Below the pieces are notes generated by a model. The model was not told the DNA's origin. It made no database searches and saw nothing but the letters and a program-made list of their open reading frames with translations. The translations under genes were made by a program, and so were the position numbers. A stretch of 64,000 bases of DNA from an uncultured Chloroflexia bacterium (GTDB taxonomy: Bacteria; Chloroflexota; Chloroflexia; QHBQ01; JADMIH01): positions 1 through 64,000 of the forward strand of contig CAWCNY010000002.1 in NCBI GenBank assembly GCA_963797095.1, given 5' to 3'. Below, one piece after another: positions 1-10,055 of the stretch. How positions within the stretch are numbered: the stretch's first letter is position 1; every line of letters starts with the position of its first letter.

Positions 1-721
1 GGTAGACCAGGCCACCGGGCACCCACATCACCAGGCCGCCAAGTTGCTGGTCGTTGGCGGGTGTGAGGCCCCATTGGTTGCGAATCAACCCCATCACTAC
101 CGGGTCGCCGTGTGGCTGGAGATAAATGGGGTAGAGGCCGGGCGGCACGAAAGTAAAGTAGATGCCAAGCAGGGTCCCCGCGAGAGCGGCCCCGAACAGG
201 TAGATGCTGGCGACCAACGGTGAGAACCTCTTATCTTCCAGGGGCGAAAGGATCGGCCACCAGAAGATTGTGGCGGTCACCAGGAACGAGAGGTGCTGCA
301 ATATATGCAACTGCTGGTTCGCGAGGGCCGCGTTGTAGAGGATTGGCGCGTGCCATAGATACAGCGTGCCCGTTGCCAGCAGCCACGCCACGAGCGGCTT
401 TCGCACACCGCGCTCGACACGCGCTATGATCGGCACCTCCAGGGCTTGCCGGAATATAGTGGCAGGAGTTCCCAGCAGCAGAAGCGGCGGCACGACCAGG
501 ATGAGGAGCATATGCTGAAGCATGTGCGCGCTGAAGAGATAGGTATCGCCCAATACATCCAGCGGAGATACAAGCGCAAAGAGCAACACCACTAACCCCA
601 GCACGAAAGATACCAGGGGCACGGTCAGCCGGAAGCGCGTAGCCCACAGGTAGAGCACCAGCAGGCACACACAGCCTACCACTAGCGAAGGTTCCCAATC
701 CCACAATTGCATAATTCCCAT
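1..721 (-). CDS. ctaG: Cytochrome c oxidase assembly factor, Caa3_CtaG family (runs off window start)
   Basis: Not in the ORF track; manual translation from ATG at 721 gives MGIMQLWDWEPSLVVG...ALVSPLDVLGDTYLFSAHMLQHMLLILVVPPLLLLG, the CtaG SxHMxQH motif; follows the cox operon. Confidence 0.85.
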   Translation of the reverse strand, partial: MGIMQLWDWEPSLVVGCVCLLVLYLWATRFRLTVPLVSFVLGLVVLLFALVSPLDVLGDTYLFSAHMLQHMLLILVVPPLLLLGTPATIFRQALEVPIIARVERGVRKPLVAWLLATGTLYLWHAPILYNAALANQQLHILQHLSFLVTATIFWWPILSPLEDKRFSPLVASIYLFGAALAGTLLGIYFTFVPPGLYPIYLQPHGDPVVMGLIRNQWGLTPANDQQLGGLVMWVPGGLVY

Positions 722-811
722 CTTACGAGTTCCTGGTTACGAGTTCCTGGTTGCCGGCAGGCGGAACCATCGTCTTTCATCCACCGTCCTTCGTCGTTTG
801 TCCTTCACCCG

Positions 812-2821
812 TCACACCCCATGGCCCCACCAGATCGCGGCCAGGCGGTCCAGCACCATTGCCAGGTAAAGCAAAGCAAGATAGACATTCGAGAACTTGA
901 ACAGGCCCCAGGCGCGGGCGGTGGTCGCCTTCCGGGCCAGTTGAAGGGCTCTTACCACGAAGAGCGTGCCCAGGCCCACTGCGGCGGCAAGGTAGAGCCA
1001 CGACAGCGATTGTGTCGCCACCGGAAGCAGAGATACCACCACCAGCAGGAGGGCATAGAGCAGTATGCTTTTGCGCGTGTATGCCTCGCCCCGCACTACG
1101 GGGAGCATCGGGATGCCTGCCGCTCTGTAGTCCTCCTGGCGCACCAGCGAGAGAGCCCAGAAGTGCGCGGGCGTCCAGAAAAAGATGATTGCGAAGAAAA
1201 GTAGGGCGGGCAGGTCTACTCGCCCCGTCACGGCGGCCCACCCCACCATGGGCGGCACTGCCCCCGCCGCGCCTCCGATCACTATGTTTTGCACGCTGCT
1301 TCGCTTCAGCCACATCGTGTAGACGAACACATAGAAAAGGTTGCCGGCGATAGCCAGCAGGGCCGCCACGAGATTGACCGTTAGCCACAGCAAGCCGAAC
1401 GATAGCGCGCTCAACCCGATGCCGAACAGGAGGGCCCGCGGCGGCGCGATTTGCCCGGTCACTACCGCTCTACGCTTGGTGCGCTTCATACGAGCATCGA
1501 TGTCGCGCTCCCACCATTGGTTAATAGCATGCGCCCCCCCTGCGGCCAGGGTACCTCCGAGCATCGTCAGCACTATGAGAAGGAGCAAAGGACGATCGGT
1601 AGGGCGCTGCACGGCGGCCATCAGCATCGCCGCCACCGTTGGCACCAGGAGGAGAGGTATAACGCGGGGCTTGATCAATCCAAAGTACGCCTGTATGCGC
1701 GGGTCAACCCAGGCGAAGGGATGGATAGCCTGGCGCGGGCGAAGCGTTGGTTCGGGGATTTGTGGTACGGAAATGAAATCTTGATCGCTTGCCTGCCCTT
1801 CGTCCTTCGTCCTTCGTCCTTCGTCGCCAATCCATCGTTTATCAACGATAAAGGCTACCATCAACACCAACACCGCCCATGTAGCCGCCGCGAGGGCCAG
1901 GTGCGCGCCTTTAAGGGCTTCGGGCGCGCCGAGCCACACTGTAAACGCGCCCAGGAACACCTGCGACACGTACAGCAGGGCAAGCACATGCACCGTGCGC
2001 ATCAGGCGTCGGTCGTGGCGACGGGTGCGCCATATTGCTATCCCCAGCAATAGCAGCAGCACATCGGATAAGCCAACAGCCAGCCGGTGCGTAAAGTTGA
2101 TCCACTCCTCGTAAGTGATGGGCAGCAGGTGCGTCGGCGCGCACTGGGGCCACGACGGGCAGGCCACATCGGCCCCGGCTCCCACCACGGCGGAGCCTGT
2201 GAAGAGTGCGATATACGTCCAGAGCAATGTGCCAAGCGCAAGCCATGCTATCCTTGATTGAGGAAGATGTATAGCGCGGGTCGATTTGAGCGCCTGTGTG
2301 CCGCCAGTAGCGCCGGTCATATTATCTGTTGGTGCCGAAGGCACTCTGGAATAAAGCGCGAGCAACACCACCGAACCTAGCAGCAGCATGGAGTTGCCCA
2401 TGTGGGCGGCGACCCACGTATGGTCGAGGTGCATCAGCACGGTGATGCCGCCCAACAGGGCCTGCCCGATGTAGGTGGCAGCGGCCAACAAAGCCAGCCA
2501 CATCAACCGGCGTGGCCTGCGATACCACAGCAGGGTCACCCCGACCGTCACCGCCATCAGGAGGCCGACCAGGGTGGCAAAGAGGCGGTGGTTCCACTCC
2601 ACTAACTGGTGGTATTCAAGAGCAGGCAGTAGATGGCCGTCGCACATGGGCCATGTCGAGCCGCAGCCCGTACCGGAGTCGGTGACGCGCACGCTCCCTC
2701 CGAGCACAATCAGCGCCCACACTGATATAGCCGTCGCCAGGGTCAATCGCGCGTACCATTTGAGCGATATGCGCCAGGGGAAGTGCGCGATTTGCAGAAC
2801 GCGAGGTTTAGTAAGCAACAT
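812..2821 (-). CDS. ctaAB: Fused heme A synthase (CtaA) and protoheme IX farnesyltransferase (CtaB)
   Basis: N-half GGSVRVTDSGTGCGSTWPMC, EWNHR, NFTHR (CtaA); C-half IKPR, NQWWERDIDARMKRT, FFWTPAHFWAL (CtaB/UbiA). Confidence 0.92.
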   Translation of the reverse strand: MLLTKPRVLQIAHFPWRISLKWYARLTLATAISVWALIVLGGSVRVTDSGTGCGSTWPMCDGHLLPALEYHQLVEWNHRLFATLVGLLMAVTVGVTLLWYRRPRRLMWLALLAAATYIGQALLGGITVLMHLDHTWVAAHMGNSMLLLGSVVLLALYSRVPSAPTDNMTGATGGTQALKSTRAIHLPQSRIAWLALGTLLWTYIALFTGSAVVGAGADVACPSWPQCAPTHLLPITYEEWINFTHRLAVGLSDVLLLLLGIAIWRTRRHDRRLMRTVHVLALLYVSQVFLGAFTVWLGAPEALKGAHLALAAATWAVLVLMVAFIVDKRWIGDEGRRTKDEGQASDQDFISVPQIPEPTLRPRQAIHPFAWVDPRIQAYFGLIKPRVIPLLLVPTVAAMLMAAVQRPTDRPLLLLIVLTMLGGTLAAGGAHAINQWWERDIDARMKRTKRRAVVTGQIAPPRALLFGIGLSALSFGLLWLTVNLVAALLAIAGNLFYVFVYTMWLKRSSVQNIVIGGAAGAVPPMVGWAAVTGRVDLPALLFFAIIFFWTPAHFWALSLVRQEDYRAAGIPMLPVVRGEAYTRKSILLYALLLVVVSLLPVATQSLSWLYLAAAVGLGTLFVVRALQLARKATTARAWGLFKFSNVYLALLYLAMVLDRLAAIWWGHGV

Positions 2822-2833
2822 GGCGAACCCTCT

Positions 2834-3424
2834 CTAAGAGATAAGTGTCCAGAGATACACGATGGAGAAGATGAATACCCAGACCAGGTCAACAAAGTGC
2901 CAGTAGAGCGTGACGGCATCGAGAGCGCCCGACTTGCCGTGCCGGATATCGCCCGTAACCGCGAATCCGGTTATGATCGCCAGCATTATCAGTCCCACAA
3001 GGACGTGCAGGCCGTGAAAGCCTGTAAGTGTAAAGAATGTCGAGCCGAAGAGGTTGCGGCTAATAGTGATATTCTCGTTCAGCAGGCGCAAGTACTCGAT
3101 CCCCTGCCCCACCAGGAATATGCCACCAAGCAATACGGTCGCCGACAGCCAGCCCACCAAACCTGCGCGGCTGCCCCTACTCAAGCTCCTGTCGGCGAGC
3201 CATACCGTTCCGCTGCTCGCAAAGAGCGCGATTGAGTAGAAGCCGGTTACAAGGGGATCGAGGCTGCTGGAGGCTGTTGGGCCGGTTATTGAGCTATGGA
3301 AGGTAATGTACGAGATGATGAGCAGAGTGAAAAAGACTGCCTCACTTACGAGAAAGAGGGCCATCCCCAGCACGTTCTTATCGAGTGCATCGAGCTTGCC
3401 GATGGTAGTTGTGGTCGCTTTCAT
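2834..3424 (-). CDS. ctaE: Cytochrome c oxidase subunit III
   Basis: FLVSEAVFF, LTGFHGLHV, LYWHFVDLVW motifs. Confidence 0.92.
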   Translation of the reverse strand: MKATTTTIGKLDALDKNVLGMALFLVSEAVFFTLLIISYITFHSSITGPTASSSLDPLVTGFYSIALFASSGTVWLADRSLSRGSRAGLVGWLSATVLLGGIFLVGQGIEYLRLLNENITISRNLFGSTFFTLTGFHGLHVLVGLIMLAIITGFAVTGDIRHGKSGALDAVTLYWHFVDLVWVFIFSIVYLWTLIS

Positions 3425-5101
3425 CTACGCTTTCTCCTCCGGCGGCTTGGGCCGCTGCCAATCGGGGTTGTTCGGGTGCTCCACATCCCACAGGGGGCGG
3501 CGGCTCCTCACTGGCGGGAGTTGATCGAAGTTGTGCACAGGAGGTGGTGAGGAGGTTGCCCACTCCAGTGTCCAGGCGTCCCAGGGGTTGTCCACAGCTT
3601 CTTCGCCGTGTCGTAAACTGAGCCATATGTTCCAGAAGAAAAAGACCACCGATATAGCAAGTATGACTGCCCCTATCGTTGATATCAGGTTCAGCAAGCC
3701 CCAGCCGGGCATGTCGGGATAGGTAGCGACCCTGCGCGGCATGCCCATCAGGCCGAGGAAGTGCTGCACGAAGAATGTCAGGTTGAAACCGACGAAGGTA
3801 AGCCAGAAGTGCCAGTGCCCCCACTTCTCCGAGAGCACCCGCCCGGTCATCTTGGGGAACCAGTAGTAGATCCCGGCGAAGATGGCGAACATGGTGCCCC
3901 CGAAAAGTACGTAGTGCAGGTGGGCCACCACGAAATAGCTGTCGGTAAGCTGCCAATCGATCGGCACTACCGCGAAGATCACCCCGCTGATGCCACCTAT
4001 GGTAAACACCACCAGGAAAGCCATCGCGAAGAGCATTGGTGTGCTGAAACGGATGGCACCACCCCACATAGTAGCGATCCAGTTGAATATCTTGATGCCC
4101 GTGGGTATGGCGATCAACATTGAGGCCGCACTGAACACCGTGTCCCACGGTTTGCCCAGGCTCACCGCGAACATATGGTGCGCCCACACCGCGAAGCTCA
4201 GAAACGCTATCGCTATAGTCGAGGCTGCCACGAACGTGTACCCGAAGATCGTCTTGCGAGAGAAAACCGGGATCACTTCGGAGATGATGCCGAAGGCGGG
4301 CAGCACCATGATATACACTTCGGGGTGGCCGAACGACCAGAAATAGTGCTGCCACAGGATGGCCGAGCCTCCTCCTGCCGGATTGAAGAAACCGGCTCCA
4401 AGCAGCCTGTCGGCCAGCAGCATCACCAGCGAAGCATTGAGGGCGGGCAATGCTCCCACGATCAGGATCGAATTAATGAGCGACATCCAGACGAACAGAG
4501 GCAGGCGGCGGATCGTTAATCCAGGTGCGCGCAAGGTGATTATGGTGACAATAGTGTTGATCCCCGCTGCTACAGTACCGATACCCACCGCCAGCAGGCC
4601 CAGCGCCCAGTAGTCGAGGCCGCTGGTGCTGGCATAAGCGTGCTCGGTGAGAGGCGCATAACTGAACCAGCCCGCGTTGGGCGCACCCCCCGCGATGAAG
4701 CTGTAGTAGAGGAGCAGCCCACCGAATACCAGCAGCCAGAAGCTGAGCGCGTTGAGACGCGGGAAGGCCATATCTCGCGTGCCGATCATGAGGGGCGAAA
4801 GATAGGTCATGAAGCCGATCAGCATAGGCACCACCACCAGGAAGACCATGGTAGTGCCGTGCATGGTAAATATCTGGTTGTATGCTTCGGGCGAGATCAG
4901 GCTGTTGTTAGGCTCGGCCAGTTGAAGCCGTAACACCAACGCTTCCAGGCCTCCCACCACGAAAAAAACAAGAGATGCCCCCAGGTACATGATGCCTATC
5001 TGCTTGTGGTCAACCGAAGCGACCCACGCAAGCAAACCTTCGTTCTCTCCAAGAGCAGGTAAAGGCTTCTCGTTCTCAGGCACCAGAGCAATATCACTCA
5101 T
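3425..5101 (-). CDS. ctaD: Cytochrome c oxidase subunit I (A1 type)
   Basis: DHKQIG, TMHGTTM, FGHPEVY, VWAHHM, VVAHLHYV, GMPRR motifs. Confidence 0.97.
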   Translation of the reverse strand: MSDIALVPENEKPLPALGENEGLLAWVASVDHKQIGIMYLGASLVFFVVGGLEALVLRLQLAEPNNSLISPEAYNQIFTMHGTTMVFLVVVPMLIGFMTYLSPLMIGTRDMAFPRLNALSFWLLVFGGLLLYYSFIAGGAPNAGWFSYAPLTEHAYASTSGLDYWALGLLAVGIGTVAAGINTIVTIITLRAPGLTIRRLPLFVWMSLINSILIVGALPALNASLVMLLADRLLGAGFFNPAGGGSAILWQHYFWSFGHPEVYIMVLPAFGIISEVIPVFSRKTIFGYTFVAASTIAIAFLSFAVWAHHMFAVSLGKPWDTVFSAASMLIAIPTGIKIFNWIATMWGGAIRFSTPMLFAMAFLVVFTIGGISGVIFAVVPIDWQLTDSYFVVAHLHYVLFGGTMFAIFAGIYYWFPKMTGRVLSEKWGHWHFWLTFVGFNLTFFVQHFLGLMGMPRRVATYPDMPGWGLLNLISTIGAVILAISVVFFFWNIWLSLRHGEEAVDNPWDAWTLEWATSSPPPVHNFDQLPPVRSRRPLWDVEHPNNPDWQRPKPPEEKA

Positions 5102-5227
5102 AATGTTCCCCCACTATGAAAGGACGAAAGACGAAAGACGTTAATTGCCGGTTCCCTGTTCCTGATAATGGGTAGTCGAATATTGAAACCAGGAACTCGC
5201 CACTTGTCACTCGCCACTCGTCACTCG

Positions 5228-6154
5228 TCACTTCAAAGATTCGAGGTAAGCCACTAGCGCGTTGACTTGATCTTCTGTCAATTGCAGGTTGGGCATGTGG
5301 TTGCCCGGTTTTACCCCCTGCGGGTCTTTGAGCCAGTGGGCGAGGTTGTCGGGCGTATTATCCAGGGTGCCCGCTGCGAGAGTCTGGCGGCTCGCCAGGT
5401 GCGTCAGGTTAGGGCCAACCTGCGCGTTAGCCTGGGTGCCATTTATAGCGTGGCAGCTTATGCATGTCCGCTGTTGGAACAGGCTCGCACCCTGACCTAT
5501 TGAGCCTGTACTTGGGAAGGCTTGCGCGGGTGTGCTCTGACTCGCCAACCACGCATCGAACTCATCGCGCGGCTGGGCAATGGCCCGGATGAGCATCTGG
5601 CCGTGCGCCACGCCGCAATACTCGGCGCACTGCCCCAGGTAGACGCCCGGCTTATCGGCTTCCAACCACACATCAGTAGGTTGGCCAGGGATCATATCCT
5701 TCTTGGGACCGAGTTGCGGTATCCACAGGTCGTGGATCACATCCGCCAACTCCAGGTGAACCAGCATCCTCTCACCGGCGGGCAGGTGAATCTCATTGGC
5801 GCTGGTGATCACGCTCGTGCCGGGGTAGCCGATCTCCCACCACCACTGGTGCGCAATAATCGTGATGTTGGGCTGTGTGCCACTCCCGACCGCAGGCTCG
5901 GCGTCTTCCATACCCTTTACTGTCAGGATGAACAGCACCAGCAAGATAAGCGCCGGGCCTACGGTCCAGCCAATCTCCAGCGGGGTACGCCCAAAGTCCT
6001 GCCGGGGCTCCTCGCCTTCTGACCGACGCCGAAACCGAACCGCAATATAGATCACCAGGCCCGTTACTATCACAAAGATGAGAGCGCCAAAGGCAAGCGC
6101 AATCAGAAACAAGTTTGAGATGGAGAGCGCCTGCGGCGAGTTGGGGTTTAGCAT
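5228..6154 (-). CDS. ctaC: Cytochrome c oxidase subunit II with C-terminal cytochrome c (caa3 type)
   Basis: HQWWW, DVIH, CuA motif CAEYCGVAHGQM, heme motif CISCH, KPGNHMP. Confidence 0.95.
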   Translation of the reverse strand: MLNPNSPQALSISNLFLIALAFGALIFVIVTGLVIYIAVRFRRRSEGEEPRQDFGRTPLEIGWTVGPALILLVLFILTVKGMEDAEPAVGSGTQPNITIIAHQWWWEIGYPGTSVITSANEIHLPAGERMLVHLELADVIHDLWIPQLGPKKDMIPGQPTDVWLEADKPGVYLGQCAEYCGVAHGQMLIRAIAQPRDEFDAWLASQSTPAQAFPSTGSIGQGASLFQQRTCISCHAINGTQANAQVGPNLTHLASRQTLAAGTLDNTPDNLAHWLKDPQGVKPGNHMPNLQLTEDQVNALVAYLESLK

Positions 6155-6157
6155 GTA

Positions 6158-7183
6158 TTAATTACCACCTCTTTTCCCCACAACTAGGCCGGCACAAGCG
6201 CCTGCTACGCCAGCGGCCAGCCATACCCACCGCCCCCACGAAGTGGCCCATAGCTGAGGGCTCACATCGTGGGCCCGCTTGTCAAAGTCGCCATGCGCCC
6301 CATGATCGCCCGGTACCGGCGCCCACAGGTTGTTCGGGCGATTCGGGTCGGCAGGCTCGTCAGTCTGCTGAGACTCGTAACCTGTTTTCGCCAAGTAAAT
6401 ATCTCCCAAACCCGGCACGAATTTGTTTCCCCACAGGATGATCGATGTTGGGAGTCCCACGTTTACTTCTCTCATGGAGTTGTGTGCGGCCCAGTAGATC
6501 GCTTCGGCTGCCACCTCAGGCTGGTATATAGGTGGTACAGGTTGCGCCTTGTGGGGCAGGCGGCTCTTTACCCACCCGAATTGCGGCGTGTTGAGGGCTG
6601 GCATTTGCACCATCGTTATCTTGACGTTGCTCCCGTCGTGGATCAATTCGCAGCGCACCGACTCGGTGAAACCCTGGATTGCGTGCTTGGCCCCGCAGTA
6701 GGCCGACTGCAATGGGATGCCTCTGTATGCCAGGGCCGATCCTACCTGTATAATGATCCCCCGATCGCGTGGCAGCATCCGCTTGAGCGCCGACATCGTC
6801 CCGTACACGTAGCCCAGGTAGGTCACTTCCGTTACGCGCTTGTACTCCTGCGGGGTCATCTTCTTGAACGGCGAAAAGACCGAGGTCATGGCGTCGTTCA
6901 CCCAAATATCTATTGGGCCGAATTCCTCTTCGACCGCCCTGGCCGCCTCCTCTACCGCCTCCGGGTCGGATACATCGGCAGGCAACACCAACGGGATGCC
7001 CCCCGCTTTCTCAACATCCTGGCGCGCGCCTTCCAACCCATCGCTGCCGCGTGCCAGCAATCCTATATGCGCCCCTCGCTTCGCGAAGGCTCGCACGGTT
7101 GCGCGCCCCACGCCCGCCGATGCGCCCGTAATTACTACAACTTCCGGTCTCTTTACCTCTTCCATTTGTATCTGCCCTTCCAC
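6158..7183 (-). CDS. Short-chain dehydrogenase/reductase
   Basis: TGASAGVG Rossmann motif, catalytic YCGAK. Confidence 0.93.
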   Translation of the reverse strand: MEGQIQMEEVKRPEVVVITGASAGVGRATVRAFAKRGAHIGLLARGSDGLEGARQDVEKAGGIPLVLPADVSDPEAVEEAARAVEEEFGPIDIWVNDAMTSVFSPFKKMTPQEYKRVTEVTYLGYVYGTMSALKRMLPRDRGIIIQVGSALAYRGIPLQSAYCGAKHAIQGFTESVRCELIHDGSNVKITMVQMPALNTPQFGWVKSRLPHKAQPVPPIYQPEVAAEAIYWAAHNSMREVNVGLPTSIILWGNKFVPGLGDIYLAKTGYESQQTDEPADPNRPNNLWAPVPGDHGAHGDFDKRAHDVSPQLWATSWGRWVWLAAGVAGACAGLVVGKRGGN

Positions 7184-7242
7184 TTTCTGCCACGGTCTCT
7201 ATTTGCGAAATGTCTCTGCTGTGCTCGGTAATGTGCCTCACA

Positions 7243-7707
7243 TCACAGGTCGGGGTTGAGTAATGGCAGGCCGGTCTCCGGGTCCATCTCTCTACGGAGG
7301 TAATCCGGCGTCGCCTGCATAACCACTTCCAGAGTTGGCCGCACATGCGCCGATAGGAGATGGCCCCCATAGGCGGTGCCGTCTGACTTGCCGACTACTA
7401 CATGGGCGTGTATTTTCGGCTTGCCTTTATTCAGAGTGCCTTTATTCAGAGTGCCTTTATTCAGTGCGACGTTACCCACCAGCGATACCACCTCTACCTG
7501 CTCATCTATGGGGTTCTTCTTGTAGTCCTTCTTTTCAAGGTCGAACCAGCCAAGCGTAACCTCTTTGAACGCGCCGATGGCTGTGAAACTGGCAGCCCTG
7601 ATTTGATGGGTCTCCGCGAAAGCGGTCAATCCCTCAATTACCTCATCGCCCGTGTCAAACACGAGCATGAATACCCTTTCTTTCTCATTTATCAGCTTCG
7701 ATTTCAT
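7243..7707 (-). CDS. PPC domain / DUF296 protein
   Basis: F.AIGA, EVVSLVGNV, HAHVVVG...YGGHL...VRPTLE; in-frame NKGTL tandem repeat. Confidence 0.88.
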   Translation of the reverse strand: MKSKLINEKERVFMLVFDTGDEVIEGLTAFAETHQIRAASFTAIGAFKEVTLGWFDLEKKDYKKNPIDEQVEVVSLVGNVALNKGTLNKGTLNKGKPKIHAHVVVGKSDGTAYGGHLLSAHVRPTLEVVMQATPDYLRREMDPETGLPLLNPDL

Positions 7708-7730
7708 AATCTACCCTTCCACTAATTGTT

Positions 7731-10001
7731 CTATTGCTCAACCTTCACCTCAAGGTCGCCGTCAGTCTTGAGAACTTCCACATTGGGACCGCCTTCGGGC
7801 CTGCGAGTGAAACGCAGGTCGGCGACCCCCTTGCCAACACGCAAACCACAAACATCTATCCGGTCAATAAAGTCGAGCAGGATTGGCCGCACAATCCGCA
7901 GCCTGTTCTCGAATCCCTCCGGCGTCAGGCCGAGCAGGGTTGTCAGCATAAAAGGTACCGACCCCGCCGCCCATGCCTGCGGGTGGCAGGCCACAGGGTA
8001 GTGCACCGGCACGCCATAGCTTGCCCGGTCAAAACCCGCGAACAGCTCAGGCAGCCTGTAATTGTCGAAGTGCATGGCGGCTTCCATGATCCCCATACTT
8101 ACCTGCCGCGCCTCTTTATCGAAGCCATAGCGCCGAAAGCCGGCTGCGATAATAGAGTTATCGTGCGGCCATACAGTGCCGAGATGATATGCGATGGGGT
8201 TATAACGCATCGCCTTGACCGACAGCGTGCGAATACCCCAGCCGTTGTACATCTCGCCCGACATGAGCATATCGACTGTGCTCCTCGCCTTGTCCTCATC
8301 AACTATGCCTGTCCAGAGCGCCTGCCCGGGGTTGGACGAGCGTACCACGCATGGTTCCCCATCTTTCTGTAGAGCCAACGCAAAGAAGCCTCTTTTTGCA
8401 AGCCAGAAGTCGTTATTGAACCGGCTGCGCAACTCCTGGGCTTGTTTCTCCAGGGCGTCTGCCCGTTCTGTCTCACCTATACACCTGTAGAGGCCGGCTA
8501 TCGTCTTCTTCGCCGAATACACATAGCCCTGCACTTCTACCAGCGCGATGGGCGGGCGCGCCAAACTGCCATCTGCATTGACAATGGCATCGCCTGAGTC
8601 TTTCCAACCCTGGTTGATCAATCCCTTCTCCGATGTGCTCTCGTAGTCGGTATAGCCGTCGCCTGTCGTATCGCCGTACTTATCGATCCATTCGAGAGCG
8701 CGCTCGACGTTGCTACGCAGATCTTTGAAGAGAGTGATGTCTCCCGTCCAATCGCTGTACAGGCCCATCAGAATCAGGAAAAGAGGTGTAGCATCAATCG
8801 TGCCATAGTAAGGCGTATGAGGTATCTGACCTGTATGCGCCATCTCTCCCACGCGTAATTCGTGCAGAATTTTGCCCGGTTGCGCGTCGCGCCACTCGTC
8901 CACTTTGTCGCCCTGGTAATCCGCGAGGAGGCGCAGGGTTCGTCCGGTAATGGCCGGTTCGTACGCTAGCATTTGCATAGAGGTGATCAGGCTGTCTCTG
9001 CCGAAGATCGTGCCAAACCAGGGAAGACCCGCCGCGAAGTATTGCTCATCGTCAAGCATGCTCTGGAGCATATGCAGGTCGCGCATAGAGCGCTCTATGA
9101 CTCCGTTCAGCAACAGGCTATCGCTCCTGATCTCAGTTCGATGATCGTTATGATGCAGTTTCTCAGTCTCTTCGCGTAAGGCCGAGTGCACAAGCTTTAC
9201 ATTGGGGCTGGGGTTAGTGTCCTCTGCTTTCTCGGTATCGTCGGTCTCCAAAAGGGCCAGTGATACACTCAACTGCTTCTCAGCTCGCGAGCCGAGCGAT
9301 ATTTGGAAGCGCACCACCGTATCATCGACAACTTCAGGCTTCTCCGAGAAGGCGATCCTCACGCTCCGGAAGATTCCGTCCGCGCCATCGTATGCAAGCT
9401 CAAGCTCCCCATCGTCCCAACGCGGGGGCCTCAATTTGCCCAGTTTTTCCGGCAAAAGACCGCGCACTGCGAACACATCCTCGAATAGAGCCTTGAATCC
9501 GATCGTGATCGGGAACCTGTACTCCTCCAGGGCGTAATTGCAAATGGAGAATGCATCGGCCACCATCAGATTCCGCCCATCAAGCAGGCGTCGCAGCTTT
9601 ATACCGATGTGCTCTTTCTCGATAAGCGTGCCGTCTTCCATCCTGATATCTGGGTTGGTCAATTCGTACCCTGCGACGCGTCCCTGCTCGGCGCTGGCAA
9701 CCAGCTGCCCTGGCTTGACGCCCGCCACCTTCAACTCGTACCCGCTAAGATAGCGGCAGTCGTGGTAGTAGAGACCGTATCCATGCCCGCCCTTTAAAGG
9801 CAGCGAGCTATCCGGACTGGTCAATAAGAAAAGGTCGCTATCTTTCAGCACGATCGCGTCGGCAATGCTCGACACCACCGAGGGTGCACCCTTGGTGAGC
9901 ACGCGATCTTTGCGCTCCTTTTGCTGCTTTGCTGACAGGTGCGCGTGGTTGGCGCTTTCCGCAATTGCGCCATCGCCACTTTGTTGTTCTTTCTCAGGCA
10001 T
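7731..10001 (-). CDS. Amylo-alpha-1,6-glucosidase / glycogen debranching family
   Basis: AGLPWFGTIFGRDSL, QPGKILHE, YYGTIDATPLF, NQGWKDSGD, YHLGTVWPHDN, PQAWAA. Confidence 0.92.
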   Translation of the reverse strand: MPEKEQQSGDGAIAESANHAHLSAKQQKERKDRVLTKGAPSVVSSIADAIVLKDSDLFLLTSPDSSLPLKGGHGYGLYYHDCRYLSGYELKVAGVKPGQLVASAEQGRVAGYELTNPDIRMEDGTLIEKEHIGIKLRRLLDGRNLMVADAFSICNYALEEYRFPITIGFKALFEDVFAVRGLLPEKLGKLRPPRWDDGELELAYDGADGIFRSVRIAFSEKPEVVDDTVVRFQISLGSRAEKQLSVSLALLETDDTEKAEDTNPSPNVKLVHSALREETEKLHHNDHRTEIRSDSLLLNGVIERSMRDLHMLQSMLDDEQYFAAGLPWFGTIFGRDSLITSMQMLAYEPAITGRTLRLLADYQGDKVDEWRDAQPGKILHELRVGEMAHTGQIPHTPYYGTIDATPLFLILMGLYSDWTGDITLFKDLRSNVERALEWIDKYGDTTGDGYTDYESTSEKGLINQGWKDSGDAIVNADGSLARPPIALVEVQGYVYSAKKTIAGLYRCIGETERADALEKQAQELRSRFNNDFWLAKRGFFALALQKDGEPCVVRSSNPGQALWTGIVDEDKARSTVDMLMSGEMYNGWGIRTLSVKAMRYNPIAYHLGTVWPHDNSIIAAGFRRYGFDKEARQVSMGIMEAAMHFDNYRLPELFAGFDRASYGVPVHYPVACHPQAWAAGSVPFMLTTLLGLTPEGFENRLRIVRPILLDFIDRIDVCGLRVGKGVADLRFTRRPEGGPNVEVLKTDGDLEVKVEQ

Positions 10002-10055
10002 TTTTCCTCTCTTTTGGTTGTTAGTTGTTAATAATCGGTAACCAGAAACCAGGAA

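Noticed and set aside
231-704. 157-aa minus-strand ORF in the track
   Set aside because: Off-frame shadow of ctaG, which reads in another frame from 721
6269-7231. Long antisense ORFs (also 11517-12335, 15326-16183, 21551-22423, 23533-24351)
   Set aside because: Expected shadows of high-GC genes on the opposite strand, with no motifs
7424-7466. 15-bp repeat in the DUF296 gene as a phase-variation switch
   Set aside because: Unit length is a multiple of 3, so it only lengthens a loop (NKGTL)
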